Program-made: the position numbers and the translations under genes
The notes under the pieces: generated by a model
Databases searched by the model: none
Told to the model about the DNA's origin: nothing
The model's input: only the letters and a program-made list of their open reading frames with translations
Source of the DNA: Nitrososphaerota archaeon
GTDB lineage: Archaea > Thermoproteota > Nitrososphaeria_A > Caldarchaeales > Calditenuaceae
Direction: 5' to 3'
DNA length: 55,298 bases
Assembly (NCBI GenBank): GCA_033581555.1
Contig: JAVQSZ010000009.1
Location: 1 to 55,298 of the forward strand
Shown here: positions 1-9,773 of the stretch, piece by piece
Layout: every line of letters begins with the position of its first letter
Position numbering within the stretch: the stretch's first letter is position 1

Positions 1-918
1 CCCCTGATACCGCTGATGCTGATGACGGTCTTCGCCACCAACATCGGCAGCAGCGCCACGGTCGTCGGGAACCCGATCGGGGTAATGATAGCCCTTAGTT
101 CCGGTTACGGCTTCCTGGACTTCCTCAGGTGGGCTACGCCACCCGCGATAATCGCTACGCTGATCACCTATGCCGCCTGCTTCCTCTACTACAGGGGGTT
201 CCTCGGCGAGCTCGACGTTAGGCTAAGGGCCGCGAGGGAGGCGAGGGTCCAACTGGCCCACGCTGGCAACCCCAAGTCCAACAACAGGCTCGACAGGACC
301 GCCCTGATCGTCTTCTTGGGCGTGATAGGCGGGCTCGTGCTCCACACACCGATTGAAGAGATGTTGAGGCTGAAGAAGAACACGATGCTGATCGGCGTCG
401 CTATGGCTGGCGCTGGGACGGTCCTACTCCTCGAGAGGGAGAGGGCGAGGGACTTGGTCGAGAAGCGGGTCGACTGGTGGACTCTGACGTTCTTCATGCT
501 CTTTTTCGCCTCGGTGGGCACGTTGAGGTACACGGGCGTGACGGGTTTCATCTCGGACGCCTTAACTTCGGCCTTCGGCAGGATGGGGGAGTTCGCAGTG
601 ATCTCGGTCCTCTACTCGATAGTGGGGTTCATGACCGCTTTCATGGACAACGTGCTCGCGGTAGCGTTCTGGATTCCAGTCGTCCAGGAGATGCTCGCGT
701 CCGGGGCGGTCTCAGAGAAGGTGTGGTGGGCGATGCTGTTCGCCGGGACCTACGTCGGAAACTTAACCATGATCGGGAGCACCGCGAACATCGTCGCTAT
801 AGGCATGGTCGAGAGGCAGAGGTTGGGCCACGTCACGTTCACGGGCTGGATAAAGCCGGGTTTGGTGGGAGCGTTGGTACCGACCGCGGTCGCGATCGCC
901 TGGCTCCTGATCGTGTGA
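1..918 (+). CDS. ArsB/NhaD (ion transporter superfamily, SLC13-like) permease, 5'-partial
   Basis: Frame open from base 1; repeated IT-family motifs NIGSSATVVGNP and GNLTMIGSTANIV, MDNV; many TM helices. Confidence 0.85.
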   Translation, partial: PLIPLMLMTVFATNIGSSATVVGNPIGVMIALSSGYGFLDFLRWATPPAIIATLITYAACFLYYRGFLGELDVRLRAAREARVQLAHAGNPKSNNRLDRTALIVFLGVIGGLVLHTPIEEMLRLKKNTMLIGVAMAGAGTVLLLERERARDLVEKRVDWWTLTFFMLFFASVGTLRYTGVTGFISDALTSAFGRMGEFAVISVLYSIVGFMTAFMDNVLAVAFWIPVVQEMLASGAVSEKVWWAMLFAGTYVGNLTMIGSTANIVAIGMVERQRLGHVTFTGWIKPGLVGALVPTAVAIAWLLIV

Positions 919-942
919 CGGCTCGTTCCTCTTGCTCCATTC

Positions 943-2889
943 TTATCCGACCTCCTTCATCTTGGCGACCGCTTCCCTTATCTCCTCTACGGACGCCTCC
1001 TCCTCGAGGGTTGAGAGGTCCCCGAGTTCCTGGCCGAGCCAGAGCCTCCTCATCACCCTCCTCATGATCTTCCCGCTCCTGGTCTTCGGGAGCATGTTGA
1101 CGAACCTCAGGTCCCTGATGACCACGATCGGCCCGAGCGTATCCCTGACGTGCTGGATCAGCTCCCTCTTCAGCTCCTCGCTCGGGGAGTAACCTGGCTT
1201 GAGCACCACGAACGCAGCGACCACCTCGCCCCTGAGCTCGTCGGGCACACCGCAGACTCCTGCCTCAGCGACCGCGGGGTGCGTGATCAGGCTGCTCTCG
1301 ACCTCGATCGTCCCTATCCTGTGACCGGAGATCTTGATTATCTCGTCGGCCCTCCCGCTGAACCAGACGTATCCGTCCTCGTCGATCATGGCTGCGTCTC
1401 CGGTGCAGTAGAGTCCCTTCACCCTAACCTCCCAGTAAGAGGAGACGTACCTCTCGAAGCTGTCCCAGAGGGTTGGCGTCAGCCCGGGGAAGGGCCTCCT
1501 GAGGTAGAGGACTCCCTTCTGACCCCTCGGTAGCTCCTCCCTTCCCGATTCGTCGTAGATGACTGGGTCGACGCCTGGCAGGGGCAGGCCCGCGGACCCC
1601 GGCTTGATGTACCTCATCACGCTGTTCCCCCCGATGCCGTAGGGGTAGCCGAAGAGCGCGCCGGTCGTCTCGGTCTGCCACATGTGGTCTATCACCGGTA
1701 TCCTGTTCTCAAAGACGTCGACCTGGAGCCACCTCCAGACCTCGGGGTTGAGGACCTCACCTGCAACCGCGACCCTCTTGACGGAGCTGAGGTCGTATTC
1801 CCTCGCAAGCTCGGTCCCGAACCTCCTCAGCATCCTCAGCCCGGTAGGAGAGGTCCAGAAGAGCGTGGCCCTATACTTAGAGATCGCCTCCCACCAGACC
1901 CCGGCGTGTGGGTGGTCCGGCGTGCCGTCGTAAATGACCGCCGTAGCCCCCGCGAGGAGCGGGCCGAAGACGATGTAGCTCTGGCCGACGATCCACCCGA
2001 TGTCGGAGGTGTTGAAGACGACGTCGTCGGGCCCCAGCCCGTACACCCACTTCGCCGTCCAGTAGTTCCAGATCTGATATCCTCCGTGGACGTGCACAAC
2101 CGGCTTGGGCTTAGCGGTCGTCCCGGACGTGGGCATGACGAAGATCGGGTCGCTGGCGTCGGTCTCGATCATCTCGTGGCTCTCGCCCTCGCCGAGCCTC
2201 AGGAACTCCTCAAGCGTGAGGTCGTTCTCCTTCATCTCAACCTCCTCGGAGGGCCTGACACTCTTCACGACCTTCGTGACCTTCATGCCCGGGAACCGCT
2301 CGAGGGCCTTGTCGAGCTTCTGCTTCAGGGGAACGTCCTTGCCCCTCCTGACGAGGAAGTCCTGGGTCAAGACGAGCTTCGGGGTCGTCAGCTCGATCCT
2401 GTCCGCCACCGCCTCCGAAGAAAACCCTGAGAAGACGGTACAGGAGATCGCGCCGATCCTGGCACAGGCCAGCATCATCGCGGCGGCCTCGACCGAGTTC
2501 GGCATGTAAACCAGGACCCTGTCCCCTCGCTCCACTCCTGCTCCCCTAAGGGCTGCCGCGTAACGCCTGACCGTCGAGGCGAGCTCGTCGTAAGTTATGG
2601 AGTAATGGAGGCCGAGCTCCGGCGAGTGGTAAATGTAGGCAGGCTTGCCACCGTACCTCTGCAGCTTGACGTCGAGGCAGTTGTAGGCGACGTTGGTCTT
2701 GCCCCCGACGAACCACGAGAACCTCGGATAGATCCACTCGAAGGTCCTCTCCCACCTCCTGAACCAGACGACGTCGCCCCGCTCCCACGCCTCCTCAGCC
2801 CTCCTCTCCCAGAAGCCTTGAGGGTCCTTCCTCTCCTCCTCCCAGAGCTCCTTGAAGGCCTTGATCGGGTCCTCCGGACTCGCAGTCAT
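943..2889 (-). CDS. acs: Acetyl-CoA synthetase (AMP-forming) family
   Basis: TSGTTAKPK P-loop, DIGWIVG, WQTETTG, GRADE, GHRIG, PKTRSGKIMRR; 648 aa. Confidence 0.88.
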   Translation of the reverse strand: MTASPEDPIKAFKELWEEERKDPQGFWERRAEEAWERGDVVWFRRWERTFEWIYPRFSWFVGGKTNVAYNCLDVKLQRYGGKPAYIYHSPELGLHYSITYDELASTVRRYAAALRGAGVERGDRVLVYMPNSVEAAAMMLACARIGAISCTVFSGFSSEAVADRIELTTPKLVLTQDFLVRRGKDVPLKQKLDKALERFPGMKVTKVVKSVRPSEEVEMKENDLTLEEFLRLGEGESHEMIETDASDPIFVMPTSGTTAKPKPVVHVHGGYQIWNYWTAKWVYGLGPDDVVFNTSDIGWIVGQSYIVFGPLLAGATAVIYDGTPDHPHAGVWWEAISKYRATLFWTSPTGLRMLRRFGTELAREYDLSSVKRVAVAGEVLNPEVWRWLQVDVFENRIPVIDHMWQTETTGALFGYPYGIGGNSVMRYIKPGSAGLPLPGVDPVIYDESGREELPRGQKGVLYLRRPFPGLTPTLWDSFERYVSSYWEVRVKGLYCTGDAAMIDEDGYVWFSGRADEIIKISGHRIGTIEVESSLITHPAVAEAGVCGVPDELRGEVVAAFVVLKPGYSPSEELKRELIQHVRDTLGPIVVIRDLRFVNMLPKTRSGKIMRRVMRRLWLGQELGDLSTLEEEASVEEIREAVAKMKEVG

Positions 2890-2968
2890 CGGTCGAGCGA
2901 TCCTGAGCTCTCGTTTAAGATTTTCAAAAACTGATTTAGCTGGGCGGTTGGATTTCTCGGCCCGATCG

Positions 2969-5299
2969 TCAGACTAGATAGAACAGCGGGAAGAGGAACA
3001 CCCAGACGATGTCTACGAAGTGCCAGTAGTAACCGAAGTACTCGATCGGCTCCCAGTTGTCCTTCCCGTACGCGCCCTTGGCGGACCTGTGGACAAGGTA
3101 GAGCAGCGCGATTACCCCTGCCGTCACGTGGGCGCCGTGGATGCCAGTCGTCAGGAAGAACGTCGAGGCCGGTAGCGAGCTCCCGAAGGTGACGCCGTGC
3201 TTGAAGAGCTTGGCCCACTCGTCGTACTTGTTGAAGAGGAAGAGGAGCCCGAGCGCGACGGTGGCTGCGAGGAAGGCCGTCGTCATCCCCTTCCTGTCGG
3301 CCTTGGCTGAGGCTAGCGCGAGGACTACCGTCAGACTGCTGGTTAGGAGGATGAAGGTGTTGACTGCTCCGTGCCAGACGTCGAACAGGGCACCGGGCGC
3401 GGGCCACGACGCCGACGCTGTCCTGACATAGAGGTACGCCGAGATGACGATCCCGAAGAGCGCGATTTCGGAGGCGATGAACGTCCACCACCCGAGCTTT
3501 ACCCTATCGACGTCCTCGAAGGGCCAGCGCTCGCCTATAGGGTCCTCGTGAGCGATGAACCTCTCCCTCCCCCAACCGACCGCGCTCACGCCGAGGACCG
3601 CTATCCCGACCAGAAGCAGCAGCGGGTGAACTGTGATCCCGGCCAGAGCCAGGAACGCGCCTAGGCTGACCGCGAACGGGTACGGCGAGAGGTGGGTCTC
3701 GTGGTGGCCGTGGGCAGCTCCGTTGGTCGAGATGAACGCGAGCTTGCCGCCAGAGAAGGTCGGAATCCCCGGGAAGTTGTTCGGAGGCGGCGGCGACTCG
3801 GTGGCCCACTCGAGGGTGAAGGCTCCCCACGGGTTGTTCCCGGCCGGCGGACCGTTCTTCAGGCTCCAGAGGAAGTTCCAGAACATGATCAGGAAGGAGA
3901 GACCGAAGACGATCCCTCCCGCGGTCGCGAGCTGGTGCCAGAAAATCAGGTCCGGCTGGTAAATGGGCACCCTCCTTGGGGTCTCCCATGCTATGAAGAG
4001 CGGGAAGTAGAGGAGGTTGTAGCCGATCATCGAGACGACGAAGTGTATCCTTCCGAGCCTCTCGTCGAACATCCTGCCGGTCATCTTTGGATACCAGTAG
4101 TAGAGTCCCGCGATCAGACCCAGCAGGCCTCCGCCGACCATCGTGTAGTGGAAGTGCGCAACGACGAAGTAGGTACCTCTGAGGACGTAGCTGAGGACGT
4201 TGGACCCTAGGAAGACGCCGGTTATCCCGCCGATGATGAAGACGCCGATCGTCCCGAGCGCGAAGAGCATGGGCGTGTTGATGCGTATCTTCGCCTTTAC
4301 CAGCGAATAGATGTATGAGAGAATTATCGCGTCGAAGGGTATCGAGATCGCGATGGTCGTTATCGTGAAGACCTTGCGGATGTCTTGGCTAATGCCTGTG
4401 TTGAACATGTGGTGGCCCCAGACCAAGAAGCTCAAAACCGCGACGATCGCCATGGCTATCATCACAGCGGTCCTACCGTAGAGGTACCTCCTCGTCGAAG
4501 CCTGTATGACCTCCGCGACAGCTCCCAGAGCCGGGAAGAGGACGATGTAGACCTCAGGATGCCCGAAGAACCAGAACATGTGGTCCCAGAGCAACGAACC
4601 TCCCTCTGGCGACGTGAAGTAGACCGTCCCGAGCATTCTGTCGGAGAGAAGGATGATGATCGCGGCGAGGAGGGGCGGGAACGCGTAGAGCATCATCAGG
4701 ACCGTGAGAAGGATCGTGAAGGTGAACATCGGGAGCTTGTCGATCGTTAACCCCTGGGCCCTAGACCTGAAGATCGTGACGATGAAGTTGACAGTCGAGA
4801 CCGTCACCGAGGCCACGAGCAGGGCCACACCGAGCCCTCCCGTGTCGACGCCGACGTACGGCGAGAAGCTCTTCGCGGTCAGCGGCGCGTACATCGTCCA
4901 GCCTGCGTCTATAGCGCTGTCCTGGAAGAACGAGATAATCGCCAGGATCCCCCCGAAGAGGTAGAGCCAGTAGCTCAGCGCGTTTAGCCTCGGGAACGCG
5001 AGGTCCCTGGCCCCTATCTGGAGGGGCACGACGTAGTTCGCGAGAGCAAACCCCAGAGGCGAAATCACGAAGAGGATCATCATCAGCCCGTGCATGCTGA
5101 CCGCCTGGTTGAACTTCTGGGCGTTCAGGAAGTTCAGCGAGGGGTCAACCAACTGGAACCTGAAGAGGAGCGCGAGAACTCCGGCCACAACGAGGAAGTA
5201 AATCGACGTCACCAAGTAGAGGATCCCGACGTCCTTGTGGCTGGTAGTCATCAACCACCTCTTTATCGATGAGGCAGGAGGTAGTGGATCGGGCGCCAT
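2969..5299 (-). CDS. coxA: Heme-copper oxidase subunit I fused to subunit III (A-family-like)
   Basis: SHKDVG, HGLMM, FWFFGHPEVY, VWGHHMF, VVAHFHY, PRR; C-terminal subunit III motifs FIASE, TGIHGAHV, YWHFVDIVW. ATG at 5299 preferred to the longer ORF. Confidence 0.95.
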   Translation of the reverse strand: MAPDPLPPASSIKRWLMTTSHKDVGILYLVTSIYFLVVAGVLALLFRFQLVDPSLNFLNAQKFNQAVSMHGLMMILFVISPLGFALANYVVPLQIGARDLAFPRLNALSYWLYLFGGILAIISFFQDSAIDAGWTMYAPLTAKSFSPYVGVDTGGLGVALLVASVTVSTVNFIVTIFRSRAQGLTIDKLPMFTFTILLTVLMMLYAFPPLLAAIIILLSDRMLGTVYFTSPEGGSLLWDHMFWFFGHPEVYIVLFPALGAVAEVIQASTRRYLYGRTAVMIAMAIVAVLSFLVWGHHMFNTGISQDIRKVFTITTIAISIPFDAIILSYIYSLVKAKIRINTPMLFALGTIGVFIIGGITGVFLGSNVLSYVLRGTYFVVAHFHYTMVGGGLLGLIAGLYYWYPKMTGRMFDERLGRIHFVVSMIGYNLLYFPLFIAWETPRRVPIYQPDLIFWHQLATAGGIVFGLSFLIMFWNFLWSLKNGPPAGNNPWGAFTLEWATESPPPPNNFPGIPTFSGGKLAFISTNGAAHGHHETHLSPYPFAVSLGAFLALAGITVHPLLLLVGIAVLGVSAVGWGRERFIAHEDPIGERWPFEDVDRVKLGWWTFIASEIALFGIVISAYLYVRTASASWPAPGALFDVWHGAVNTFILLTSSLTVVLALASAKADRKGMTTAFLAATVALGLLFLFNKYDEWAKLFKHGVTFGSSLPASTFFLTTGIHGAHVTAGVIALLYLVHRSAKGAYGKDNWEPIEYFGYYWHFVDIVWVFLFPLFYLV

Positions 5300-5300
5300 T

Positions 5301-5939
5301 TCAACCACCTCCCTGAGCCTTGTACCACTTATCGAACTCGGAGGGCTCCATAACAATAAGCTTACCCACCATCACGCCGTGACCGGGGCCGCAGAGCTCG
5401 AAGCACCTTACCTCGTAGGTCCCCGGGACCCTGACCTCGGTCCAGTAGTAGTTGATTTTGCCCGGTATCGCGTCGATGCCGATTCCAAGCTCGAGGACCC
5501 CGAACTTGTGGAAGACGTCCCTGCTGGTGACGATGAACTTGACCGGCTTGTTCGCCGGTATCCTGCCCTCACCGAGCACCGTCGCGCCGTTTGGATAGAC
5601 GAACTCCCAGCCCCACTGGAACGCGATCACCCTGACCTCGAGGGCGTCCCTCGGTGGGGACTCAAGGTACTCGAGAATCGAGAAGGTGCCCACGATCAGC
5701 GACAACACGATCGCGGCGCTCAGGAAGATCGAGACGAGAAGCTTAACTGGGAAGCCCTGAGGGGGCGGGAGCTCGCCGAGGCTCACCTCGCCCTCGGCAG
5801 GCTTGTCCTCCTTAGCCTTGTACCTGAGGATGTTGTAGAGCATGTAAGCGCCGACGACCACGCCCACCAGAGTCCCCAGCGTCAGGAAGAGGTTGAAGAG
5901 CCCGTAGACGGCCTCCGCAGAGGTCGAGACCATACTCAT
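5301..5939 (-). CDS. coxB: Heme-copper oxidase subunit II (CuA)
   Basis: Two TM helices, FQWGWEF, DVFH, CFELCGPGHGVM CuA motif; ends 2 bp before the coxA ATG. Confidence 0.95.
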   Translation of the reverse strand: MSMVSTSAEAVYGLFNLFLTLGTLVGVVVGAYMLYNILRYKAKEDKPAEGEVSLGELPPPQGFPVKLLVSIFLSAAIVLSLIVGTFSILEYLESPPRDALEVRVIAFQWGWEFVYPNGATVLGEGRIPANKPVKFIVTSRDVFHKFGVLELGIGIDAIPGKINYYWTEVRVPGTYEVRCFELCGPGHGVMVGKLIVMEPSEFDKWYKAQGGG

Positions 5940-6067
5940 TTGAAGTCCTATTGATTCACGAAATAAAGTTGACGCGAACTCGCAGCTCAGTCTCAACGCT
6001 TACAACGAGGGGGCACCAGCTCCGGCCTTGGGCGACTGAAGTCGACGTCTCGGACAGGGCGCGTGGA

Positions 6068-6445
6068 TTACCTCGGCTCTCCCTTACCCTTCAAGAACGA
6101 CGACACGACCCAGTCTTCTATGAGGGTGCACCCGACGGGGCTGACGCTCTGACTCGGACCGCAGCTCTGGTTATAGGGGCAGAGGGGACAAGGCGCGCCG
6201 AAGAGGGCCGATGGGTTGAACCGCCTTATCTGAGGGACGAGCTTGAGGGTCCACCGGTCGTTCGCGAGGACCTTGACCCTCTTCACGAGCCCCTTCCTCT
6301 CCAGCTTGATCGCGATCCTCGACCCGTCCCTGCTTGTGACCCCCAGCTCGTGCCAAAGCTCCGACTGGAGTATCCCCTCCTCCCTCTCGAGAAGCAACTT
6401 TATCGCCTGCTCCTCGAGCTTCGAGATCTTCGACGAGGACTGCAT
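6068..6445 (-). CDS. Transcription factor E beta subunit (archaeal RPC34/C39 homologue)
   Basis: N-terminal winged helix (GILQSELWHELG) plus PCPLCPYNQSC...SPVGCTLIEDW four-Cys Fe-S motif; 125 aa. Confidence 0.8.
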   Translation of the reverse strand: MQSSSKISKLEEQAIKLLLEREEGILQSELWHELGVTSRDGSRIAIKLERKGLVKRVKVLANDRWTLKLVPQIRRFNPSALFGAPCPLCPYNQSCGPSQSVSPVGCTLIEDWVVSSFLKGKGEPR

Positions 6446-6509
6446 GAACCCCCTGAAGTATAGAATCCATTAAGCGGTATTTATGCGATGACGGTCCATC
6501 TCGGTCGTA

Positions 6510-9500
6510 CTACGTCGCGGCCTGACCCCGCTGGCCCTTCGCGGCCGCCGCGTGGAGCTCGTTTAGGGACCTGACGTCCCAGTCGGCCCGTCCCAGCCAG
6601 TCGATCACCCCGATCGCCGCGCTCAGCGCTTGGAAGGTGGTGACGTAAGGGATGCCGGTTACGACCGCGCCCCTCCTGATCAGGTAGCCGAGCCTGTCCC
6701 TCTCGCCGGCCCTTAGCCTCCTCACGTCGACCACCAGCCCCACGCCCAGTGCCCTGAAGGTAAGGGCCGCGTCGACCTCGTGGGCCCACCCTGAAGGGTC
6801 TACCCCGACCGAGTCCTCGCCTACGCTGATCAGGTCGGCCGAGCCGCCCTCTGAGACGACGCAGACTTCAGTTCCAGCAGACCTCAGGGCCCTAATCGCG
6901 AACGTGGCCTCCTGCAGCGTCTCGCGGCTGAAGGCTACCAGGACCCTCGCGCCCCTCCTAATCGGGTTGTTGGCCGCCAGCTGGGCCTTCCAGTAGGCCT
7001 CCTCGAAGGTCGAGCCCACGCCCATGACCTCGCCGGTCGACTTCATCCTCGGCTCGAGTATCGGGTCGACCCCAGGGAGCTTCGAGAAGGAGAAGACCGA
7101 CTCCTTGACCGCGAAGTACGGCAGCGCGACCTCCTCCGGGAGCCCGAGGTCCCTGAGCTTGCTCCCCATCATGACCCGAGTCGCTATCTTGACTAAGGGC
7201 AGGCCGGTCGCCTTACCTACGAACGGAACCGTCCTAGAGGCCCTGGGGTTCGCCTCGAGGACATAGACCTCGTCACCCATCACCGCGTATTGGACGTTGA
7301 TGAACCCTACTACCCTCAGCTCGAGGGCGAGCCTCCTGGTGTACTCCTTGATCCTATGGATTGCTCTCTCCGAGAGGCCTCGGGGCGGTATCACCATCGC
7401 GGCGTCGCCGCTGTGGACGCCCGCCAGCTCGACGTGCTCGAGTATGCCGCAGATGAAGACGGTCTCGCCGTCGGAGATCGCGTCGACGTCGACCTCGACC
7501 GCGGGGTAGAGGTACTTGTCTATCAGGACAGGCCTCTCCTCGGAGACCTCCAGCGCAACGCCTAGGAGCTTCAGGAGCTCTTCTTCGTTCCAGACGACGC
7601 CCATCCCCCTTCCCCCCAGGACGTACGAGGGCCTCACGAGGACCGGGTACCCGAGCGACTCCGCGATCCGCACCGCCTCCTCGACGCTCCTCGCGGCCCC
7701 TCCCTCGGGCTGAGGTATCCCGAGCCTCAGGAGGAGCTCCCTGAACCGCTCCCTGTCCTCGCAGACGTCGATGCCCTCGACGCCCGTCCCGAGGATCTTG
7801 ACGCCCGAGTCCGCCAACCTCTTCGCGAGCTTCAGCGGCGTCTGGCCTCCCAGCTGGACGATCACGCCCTCGGGCCTCTCCCGCTCGATCACGTTCATCA
7901 CGTCCTCGAACGTGAGCGGCTCGAAGTAGAGCCTCGTCGAGACGTCGAAGTCCGTGCTTACGGTCTCCGGGTTGTTGTTCACCACGATGGAGTCGATCCC
8001 CATCTGCCTCAGCGCGAGCGACGCGTGGACCGAGCAGTAGTCGAACTCGATCCCTTGGCCGATCCTTATCGGCCCCGACCCGATGATCAGGACCCTCCGA
8101 CTGCCTTCGTCGGCCCTTGCCTCGTCAGCGTCCTCATAGGTCGAGTAGTAGTACGGCGTGACGGCTTCGAACTCACCGGCGCAAGTGTCGACCATCTTGT
8201 ATACCGGCCTGATCCCGAGGGACTTCCTCAGCCTCCTGACCTCGTCCTCGGTCGTCCCGAGGACGTACGCGATCTGCTTGTCGGAGAAGCCGAGCCTCTT
8301 CGCCATCCTGAGCTTCTCCGGAAAGTCGGACGACCTCGGGTCAGCGGACTTCAGCTCCCTTTCCATCTCCACGATCCTCCTGATCCCGTTCAGGAACCAC
8401 CGATCGATCCTAGTGAGCCTGTAGACCTCCTCGACGTCCATACCGAGGAGGAAGGCTTCCCTGATCGCGAAGACGCGCTCCCACGTCGGCCTCGAGAGGA
8501 GACCCATCACCTGCTCGAGCGTCCTCGGGGCGTCGCGCCCGTCGGCCCCGAGTCCGTGTCTTCCGATATCGAGCGACCTGATCGCCTTCTGGAGCGCCTC
8601 CTCGAAGGTCCTCCCGATCCCCATCGCCTCGCCGGTGGACTTCATCATGGTCCCGATCACGGGGTCCATGTCGTCGAAGACGTCGACCGGCCACCTCGGG
8701 ATCTTGACCACTACGTAGTCGACCGTCGGCTCCATCGCGGCCGTCACGGTCCCCACGACCTTGTTCGGAATCTCGTCGAGCTTGTAGCCCAGCGCGATCT
8801 TCGCGGCGGTCCGGGCTATCGGATAGCCGGTGGCCTTAGAGGCGAGTGCCGAGCTCCTGCTGACCCTCGGGTTCACCTCGATCACTGTGTACTCGAAGCT
8901 CTCGGGGTTGACGCCGAACTGGATGTTGCAGGCCCCCTCTATCCCTATCGCCCTGACGACTTTGAACGCGACCCTCCTCAGGACGTGGAACTCCTCGTCG
9001 GTCAGGGTCTGCGCCGGAGCGACGACGATGCTCTCGCCGGTGTGGATCCCTAGCGGGTCCAGGTTCTCCATCGGGCAGACGCAGACGCAGTTGTCCGCGG
9101 AGTCCCGAAGAATCTCGAGCTCGTACTCCTTCCACCCCTCGAGGTACTCGTCGACCGCGACCCTCCCGTTCATGCTGACCATCAATCCCGTGCTGACGAG
9201 CCTCCTCAGGTCCTCGTCGTTCCTCGCGACTCCGGATCCCGTGCCGCCCAGAGCGTAGCTCGCCCTGCAGAGGACCGGGTAACCTCCGAGCTCCCTCACG
9301 GCATCCCTGGCCTCCTCGACACTCGAGACCTCGATCGACCTAGGTATCGGCTCGCCGATCGACCTTATCAGCTCGTGAAAGAGCCTCCTGTCCTCGGCCC
9401 TCTTGATCGCCTCGACCGGCGTACCTATCACCTTCGTCCCTACCTCGTCGAGGACCCCTGACTCCTTCAGCCTCACCGCGAGGTTCAGGCCCGTCTGTCC

Positions 9501-9773
9501 CCCCATCGTCGGCAGCAGCGCGTCGGGCCTCTCCCTCCTCAGTACCCTCGCGACCGTCTCGACGTCGAGCGGCTCGATGTAGACGACGTCGGCGATCTCG
9601 TGGTCGGTCTGTATCGTCGCGGGGTTCGAGTTGACGAGTATCACCTTCACCCCGTCCTCCCTGAGCGCTAAGCAGGCCTGAGACCCCGAGTAGTCGAACT
9701 CCGCAGCCTGACCTATCACGATCGGCCCGGAGCCTATCACGAGGACGCTGTTGACCCAGTCTAGCTTCGGCAT
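6510..9773 (-). CDS. carB: Carbamoyl-phosphate synthase large subunit
   Basis: GSGPIVIGQAAEFDYSG, second repeat GSGPIRIGQGIEFDY, EVNPRVSRSS, MKSTGE twice. Confidence 0.98.
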   Translation of the reverse strand: MPKLDWVNSVLVIGSGPIVIGQAAEFDYSGSQACLALREDGVKVILVNSNPATIQTDHEIADVVYIEPLDVETVARVLRRERPDALLPTMGGQTGLNLAVRLKESGVLDEVGTKVIGTPVEAIKRAEDRRLFHELIRSIGEPIPRSIEVSSVEEARDAVRELGGYPVLCRASYALGGTGSGVARNDEDLRRLVSTGLMVSMNGRVAVDEYLEGWKEYELEILRDSADNCVCVCPMENLDPLGIHTGESIVVAPAQTLTDEEFHVLRRVAFKVVRAIGIEGACNIQFGVNPESFEYTVIEVNPRVSRSSALASKATGYPIARTAAKIALGYKLDEIPNKVVGTVTAAMEPTVDYVVVKIPRWPVDVFDDMDPVIGTMMKSTGEAMGIGRTFEEALQKAIRSLDIGRHGLGADGRDAPRTLEQVMGLLSRPTWERVFAIREAFLLGMDVEEVYRLTRIDRWFLNGIRRIVEMERELKSADPRSSDFPEKLRMAKRLGFSDKQIAYVLGTTEDEVRRLRKSLGIRPVYKMVDTCAGEFEAVTPYYYSTYEDADEARADEGSRRVLIIGSGPIRIGQGIEFDYCSVHASLALRQMGIDSIVVNNNPETVSTDFDVSTRLYFEPLTFEDVMNVIERERPEGVIVQLGGQTPLKLAKRLADSGVKILGTGVEGIDVCEDRERFRELLLRLGIPQPEGGAARSVEEAVRIAESLGYPVLVRPSYVLGGRGMGVVWNEEELLKLLGVALEVSEERPVLIDKYLYPAVEVDVDAISDGETVFICGILEHVELAGVHSGDAAMVIPPRGLSERAIHRIKEYTRRLALELRVVGFINVQYAVMGDEVYVLEANPRASRTVPFVGKATGLPLVKIATRVMMGSKLRDLGLPEEVALPYFAVKESVFSFSKLPGVDPILEPRMKSTGEVMGVGSTFEEAYWKAQLAANNPIRRGARVLVAFSRETLQEATFAIRALRSAGTEVCVVSEGGSADLISVGEDSVGVDPSGWAHEVDAALTFRALGVGLVVDVRRLRAGERDRLGYLIRRGAVVTGIPYVTTFQALSAAIGVIDWLGRADWDVRSLNELHAAAAKGQRGQAAT

